Origin: the human T2T-CHM13v2.0 reference genome, Homo sapiens
Assembly (NCBI RefSeq): GCF_009914755.1
Contig: NC_060936.1
Length of the DNA stretch: 64,000 nucleotides
Direction: 5' to 3' (one strand)
Part shown: positions 56,201 to 64,000 of the stretch, piece after piece
Numbering within the stretch: the first letter of the stretch is position 1
Layout of the letters: the number at the start of each line of letters is the position of its first letter
Notes under the pieces: generated by a model
Database searches by the model: none
The model's input: only the letters and a program-made list of their open reading frames with translations
What the model was told of the DNA's origin: nothing
Position numbers and translations under genes: made by a program

Positions 56201-56831
56201 ACTCCACCTTCCATTTTTACCAGCAAAACAATCCTCACCCCCAAGGTGTCACCCGGACGGCTGGCTGGCTGGCTGGCTAGGTGCAAGTTGCACACGAACT
56301 TCCGTGAGGAAGCGAATTGTCGCCCCAGAGCAAGTGCAGCCGGGGGAAAGCGGGATGCAGACTCTAGCGTTCAACATCATCCAACAACGAGAGCAACGCA
56401 CTTGGACTTCAAGAGAAGGATTAACATCTTCTCAGGGTGCATACTCCAGGTCATATCCATAGGGCTAAGCTTGCTGTTACCAAAAATGTTGATTAAATAT
56501 CATTTTCCTAGGTCCTGGGTATGGAACCAGAAACTGACTTTAAAAATTAGGAGGTTAATAGGAAGTCAAGACACCACAATCCACAATGGACTTGTTGGTT
56601 CTGACATGGACCCAGCACATGGCTGGAACGTCAACTCTCCACAGATAGCCAGAACCACTTTCTGTACAGAGTCATTATTTTTTTAGATCTTGCAGGCTAG
56701 ACTGTCCCTGTCGCAACCACTTTGCCATCGAGAGCAAACTCAGTGACAGAGGATTCATAAATGGATGGGGAGCACGGCTCCTAGGCAGGAAGGGTCGCCT
56801 GGGTGTTGAAGGCACTGTTCCAGGGAATATC

Positions 56832-57246
56832 ATGCTGTTTCCTAGGACTGCCTTGACACATTCCCACTCACCGAGTGACTTAGAACAGTGGAAATTTATT
56901 CTCTCACAGTTCTGGAGGCCAGAAGTCTGGAATCGAGGTGTCATCAGGGCTGGGCTCCCTTGAGAGGCTCCGGGGAGGGGCGGGGGGGCTCCTTCCAGCC
57001 CCTTCCAGCTTCTGGGGGCTGTCGGCAATCCAGCCTCCGCCCTGACCCTCATGTGGCCTTCCCCTTTGTCTCTTAGAAGGGCCCTTTTCTTTGGGTTTAC
57101 CACCCACCCAGGTGCTCCAGGACGATCTCACCCAGAGATCTGTAATTGAATTACAACTGCAAAGACCCTTTTTCCAAATAAGGGCATATTCCCAGGTTCT
57201 AGTGATTGGGACATAGACATATTTGGGAAGCCACCATCCAACCCCA
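56832..57246 (-). mobile_element. MLT1C/D-type MaLR LTR
   Basis: gaaatttattctctcacagttctggaggccagaagtctggaatcgaggtgtc...ctgcaaagaccctttttccaaataagg. Confidence 0.88.
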
Positions 57247-57805
57247 GATAGAGACACTAAAAATCACTTGTTCTGAAACTCAAAGTTAACTGTGCATTTG
57301 CATCTTATCTGACAGCCTGGATGGCTGCCCTGCGCTGCACCACTGCCCCAGCCGAGCCACGTCCCAGGCCTGGAGTCAGAGAGGCGTGGAGGAGGCCTGT
57401 TGGGCGGAAACTCTCAGCGTCTGCAGGAGAGCTCAAAGCTGGGTCAAGGGGCTGTGGGGCTGGGTGTCCACAGCCCTTCTTCCTCCCGAGAGGTAAGAAA
57501 CGGACAGCTGTTTCATGACAGTCTCACGACTGATTACCAGCACATGCCATATGCTGGTTATGCTGGTTATAGCTTAACTATGTCCTCTTCCACCTGTGTA
57601 ACTGAGTCAAGCAAGCTTCTTCACCACAACCTGTTACCATCAGCCCTGGCGGGTGTTTCCTGGAAACTCAAAAATTATCCTAAGTCCCAGTGCCAGGGAG
57701 GCTGTGGACACAGAGAAGGGGAACGAAATAGTGGTCTCTTTTCTGTTTTGACAGCCACCCCTTTGCCTGTGGGCACTTGCTTCTCTGTGTAAAAATGGAT
57801 GCGCT

Positions 57806-58115
<310 letters not shown>

Positions 58116-58129
58116 TTACTGAGGGCACA

Positions 58130-58315
58130 GAGAACCCGGGGGACCTTGGCCGTGGCGGGCCAATCAGCCTGCATTTGTGAGAAGAGCGTTTCGCCCAGCA
58201 CGTGGATTTGTTTCCCAGGCAGGGAAATCGGGAGCGGGAGAGATGGACAGCGAGCTGGTGAGGATCCGGGCTGCGATGTCGGGAGCGGTGAGAGCGAGCG
58301 CGGCTTCCACGCTGA
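58130..58315. promoter_or_regulatory. Small CpG-dense islet with CCAAT box and CACGTG E-box (candidate regulatory element)
   Basis: About 17 CpG in ~185 bp; GGCCAATCAG at 58158-58167; CACGTG at 58199-58204. Confidence 0.4.
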
Positions 58316-59861
58316 CCCTTCTGGCCTCATCTTCCATACTGTCACCAGAGGAAACGTCAGACCCACAAACCTGGTCATCTCACTGCGTTGCTGAAAACCC
58401 TCCCAGGGCTCTGCTTCCGCTCGGATAGAATCCACATCGCATCATTCAGCCTCGGCTCAGTTCCTCAAACAAACTAGGCTCTTCCCGGGCCCATTCCCTC
58501 TACGTGGAGCATCCTTGCCAGCACATTCTCCACCAGCCCATTCTCACCCACTCCTCATGGCCTGGCCCCGGTGTGGCTCCCCAAGGAGGGACCCTCCACC
58601 CACTGACAGCAGTCTCTAACTGTAGTGGCAGCCGCCCTCATCATCACAGCACTGGACACCTTTCCGCAACAGGGCGTCGTTCACACTGCTCTCCCACCAC
58701 TAAATGGCTGGGCCCAGGAGGATGGGGCTGGGGGTGCTTCACCTCCTCCACATACCCAAGGACAGGCACAGTGCCCGGCACAGGGAAGACGCTTGAGAAA
58801 CACTCCTGAACCTACGAATTGAGAGACCAATCTTGTTAGCCGTGGGATTATCTGCATTTGCAACTTCGACAGGAAGAAAAGAAAACCTTTCTCTGCAGGA
58901 AGCGAAGTTCAGCACTGAAGAAGGTCCCGCACCCTTGGCGGCTGGAGGGAGAGGAGAATCTGGGTGCTCCGTGGGCTGGATGGCGACGTGAGTTGGGCAG
59001 CTCTGTTCTTGCAGGAGCCATTCCACGTCATGCATGTCCAGTCTGATTTTATGGGAAATCCTGACTTTATGTGAATTATCTCCATTTTAAAATGTTAGCA
59101 AGTATTTTTTTCTAAACACTGCATGCCAAGCACAGTGTGTCTGTCTGAAGGCAACATTTGCTGATCGACCTCTCATTGAAAATCCCTGGTTTCATGGGTG
59201 GTTGAAAAATAATTACTGACTTGTCAAGAATTGCTCTTCTCACATTTCCAGAGGACTTTCCATCTCCTTTCCCAATCACTACAACTTAGGTTTCTATTTC
59301 AATAACGGTTAATGTTATGAGGTTCTCTTCTGGTGGTTTGCGTTACAATGTCTTCCAGCTCCACACCAGCATCTCAGTAATATTGTTATGATTATTTCCA
59401 ATACCAGAAGGCTGTGTCTTGATCCATAAAACATTCAACACCAATAATTTCCTTTTACCCTCCTAACATTCCGGAGGAAAGTATAATCTGTCCACTGTAG
59501 ACACTGAAGAATTTGCTGGCCTTGTCTTCCTTTCCTCACTTCACCAAGTGAAGATGGGTTTCACTTTTGGGAAGAACCTTCCGTCATGTTGCACAGTCAT
59601 GTGATGTCAAGACCCTGGCAAAGATCCCCGACTCCCAATTCAGACTGTTCACCATCAGAAAGCTAACTCTGGCTGAGCTCTTGCCAGAGAACTGTCCTTC
59701 AAAATGTGGGTCACAATTCATGCTCAGGTCAATCTAGTGGATTATGACCAGTATTTTGTAAACAAGACAGAAGATAAGACAGGTAGAGGAGAGCAGAAGA
59801 CTCTAGATTGCATTGCACATAGAAGAGGGAGGTTTACTTGTATAATACTTATCTTTTAAGG

Positions 59862-60075
59862 CAGGGGTGTCCAACCTTCTGTCTTCCCTGGGCCACATTG
59901 GAAGAAGAATTGTCTTGGGCCACACATAAAATACACTAACAGTAGCTGATAAGCTAAAAGAAAATTGCAAAAAAATCTCATAGTGTTTTAAGAAAATTTA
60001 TGAATTTGTGTTGGGCTGTGTTCAAAGCCATCCTGGGCTGCATGTGGCCCATGGGTAATGGGTTGGACAAGCTTG
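59862..60075 (+). mobile_element. MER30 (hAT-Charlie) with perfect 8-bp TSD
   Basis: caggggtgtccaa...ttggacaagcttg termini; TSD ttttaagg at 59854-59861 and 60076-60083. Confidence 0.92.
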
Positions 60076-60674
60076 TTTTAAGGGGGGGGTGTGGGTATGT
60101 TTGTGTATATGGAAGTATGTATGTACATGTGATTACTATATCTCTATGTACATGTCTATGATTTATGGTCCCAAAACTCTAAAAACCCATTGTTCTAAAG
60201 TAAACAACTCCCAGAGATATTTTGGATTTATTTTAACCATAAATCATCTTCCATCTCAATTTGGGGTGGGATGAGAATGTCCTGAGCAAAGAAGGCCAAA
60301 CTATTCTTGCCGGGGAGTAATACAATGAAACACAGCAATGGCAATTATTGTAATGGTGGCTGCTCACATTTGCTAAACTTCTACACCCTATCAGACACTA
60401 TTTTAAAACACTGCCTTCGTTATTAAGGCCATTAAATCTATAAGATTGGCACTAGCAGATATTACCCCTGAGCAAGTAAAAGAACAGCCCAGTTAAATAA
60501 TGCACTTTAAAGACATACAGTTAGTAGCAGTCAAAGACTGGATTTGAACCCAGGAAGTCCAGCTCTGGAGCCTGTACTCACACCCATGAGATTGAACCAT
60601 CTCTCTCAGCAAACCATGCCCAAAGCCTGATGGGCTGCCCTGCAGCTAAACTCAGACTATTAAAACTTCATCTT

Positions 60675-60987
60675 GGCCGGGCGCGGTGGCTCACGCCTGT
60701 AATCCCAGCACTTTGGGAGGCCGAGATGGGCGGACTATGAGGTCAAGAGATCGAGACCATTCTGGCTAACACAGTGAAACCCTGTCTCTACTAAAAATAC
60801 AAAAAATTAGCCGGGCGTGGTGGCGGGCGCCTGTAGTCCCAGCTACTCAGGACAGGAGAATGGCGTGAACCCAGGAGGCAGAGCTTGCAGTGAGCCCAGA
60901 TCACGCCACAGCACTCCAGCCTGGGCGACAGCGCAAGACTCCGTCTCAAAAATAATAATAATAATAATAAAATAAAAATAAAAATAA
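60675..60987 (+). mobile_element. AluY with 13-bp TSD and a small internal deletion
   Basis: Y diagnostics; TSD aaaacttcatctt at 60662-60674 and 60988-61000; ctcaggacaggagaat lacks ggctgagg. Confidence 0.95.
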
Positions 60988-62189
60988 AAAACTTCATCTT
61001 TAACAAGCATCTCTCCTTGCCTTGAATAATTAACAGCTGTCATTGCTTCTGCAGCGGCAAAGAGCCTGTGTGAGAACAGATGCGCGTGCACTCACAGCAG
61101 AGGGAAGGAAGGGAAGCTCCTCCAGGAGACTTTTGCTCAAAGACAGCACCCCTGGGGCTGAGCAGGGCAAACGCCCTGTGCCAGGGAGCAGGGGAGAGTG
61201 CAGCATGATGCCTTCAGCCAGCGTTCGGCTAAGGAACTTGAGTTTCTGAAATCAAGTGTGCAAGGAGCTTAAAGGCGGAAGGACTCAACGTACCCAGTGT
61301 GGATATTGTTGGCATTTTCCAACACAGACAGAAATCTAGCACTGATACCATGATACCTCCTCTTTTTGAAAATCTGCTGTGCAGTTTCTGAACATACTGC
61401 TTCAGCCAAGAAGTATGGTAGAAAGACATCCCAGTAACCAACACAGATGTTGCAAAGCCATCGTCCCTGATGTTACACAGTTTACTTTCTAGGAGGCCAT
61501 TTCAGACCTTCCCTTTGAATCCACTCACCCCGAATGTGCGCACGGTTCCAACTAATCAGCTGATTTTGTTCTTAAACTCACAACTGTCTGGAAGCAGGTA
61601 GGCAGGAAGGCAGAAAACAGACACGTGGAAACCCATTCATCAGGAAGCCATGGGTGATAATGCCGACAGCCTGCGTTTACTGAGCACTGACTGGGTGCTA
61701 GTCATTACACCAAGGGCGTTACTTGCATCTCCTCATACGATGCTGACAAAACCCAGAAAGGGGCACTATGACCCACCCCCACCTTCCCATTTCACAGGCA
61801 TTGAAACCAGGCTCAGACAACCTTGCCCAAGGCCACATAGCCCATCAATTGCAAAACCAGGATGTGAACTCTGCCTACAGGGCTCTGAAACTGAGGCTCA
61901 TCACCCATAGTTAGTAACACCCACTCACAACGTAGGAAAACCGTAGAGTGAATTCACAAGCACACACAATGCCGAAGCCTAGAGCCACTGAATACACAGC
62001 AAAGAGGGTTTTCTGTCTCTTCTGCCGTAGTCACAGTGCGTAATGCGGTGCATGGGACACAGTAAGTGCTCGGTAACAGTTGTTAAATGAAATAAGGACA
62101 CACATTTTAAGAGCCCCTAACAGCCCCACTGATATTCCTGTGCCATTGGGAAACGCCATCCAATCACTCTGCTCTCTTCAGTCAGATTT

Positions 62190-63845
<1,656 letters not shown>

Positions 63846-63846
63846 A

Positions 63847-64000
63847 GCCAAGTGCAGTGGCTCATGCCTGTCATTCCAGCACTTTGGGATGCCAAGGTGG
63901 GTGGATCACAAGGTCAGGAGATCGAGACCATCCTGGCTAACACGGTGAAACCCCATCTCTACTAAAAACACAAAAAATTAGCTGGGCGTGGTGGCAGGTG
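63847..64000 (+). mobile_element. Alu (Y/Sc-like), cut by window end
   Basis: ggagatcgagaccatcctggctaacacggtgaaacccc. Confidence 0.9.

Noticed and set aside
61293-61470. Protein-looking minus-strand frame (...QQIFKKRRYHGISARFLSVLENANNIHTG) ending at GG|GTACGT
   Set aside because: No good acceptor, the upstream part resembles an L2 3' end, and the peptide is not recognised.

Overview
Primate (most likely human or great-ape) non-coding genomic DNA, intronic or intergenic. It carries about 22 Alu copies or fragments (AluJ/S/Y), a young 5'-truncated L1PA2-type insertion with a clean TSD, older L1PA/L1M fragments, many MIR/L2 relics, MaLR/ERV solo LTRs (THE1/MST, MLT1, MER39-like, MER77-like) and hAT DNA-transposon relics (MER30, MER20, MER5A, MER3/33-like). 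I found no credible host protein-coding exon. The only ORF with recognisable protein homology is the L1 ORF2 C-terminus; the other listed ORFs are Alu-derived, tandem-repeat-derived or chance ORFs. I could not identify the locus and I see no convincing new biological system. The most notable structures are: tandem arrays grown out of old retroelements (38-bp VNTR in an L2, ~175-bp triplication of a MIR, 1.45-kb CAC/CAT array off a MIR tail); a 50-bp VNTR with a G-quadruplex motif at each unit junction; two short template-switch-like scars; and a few candidate regulatory sites (RFX X-box next to a splice donor, CCAAT/E-box CpG islet, CTCF-like motifs). Repeat subfamily names come from recalled consensus sequences, not from a database search, and boundaries of old repeats are approximate.
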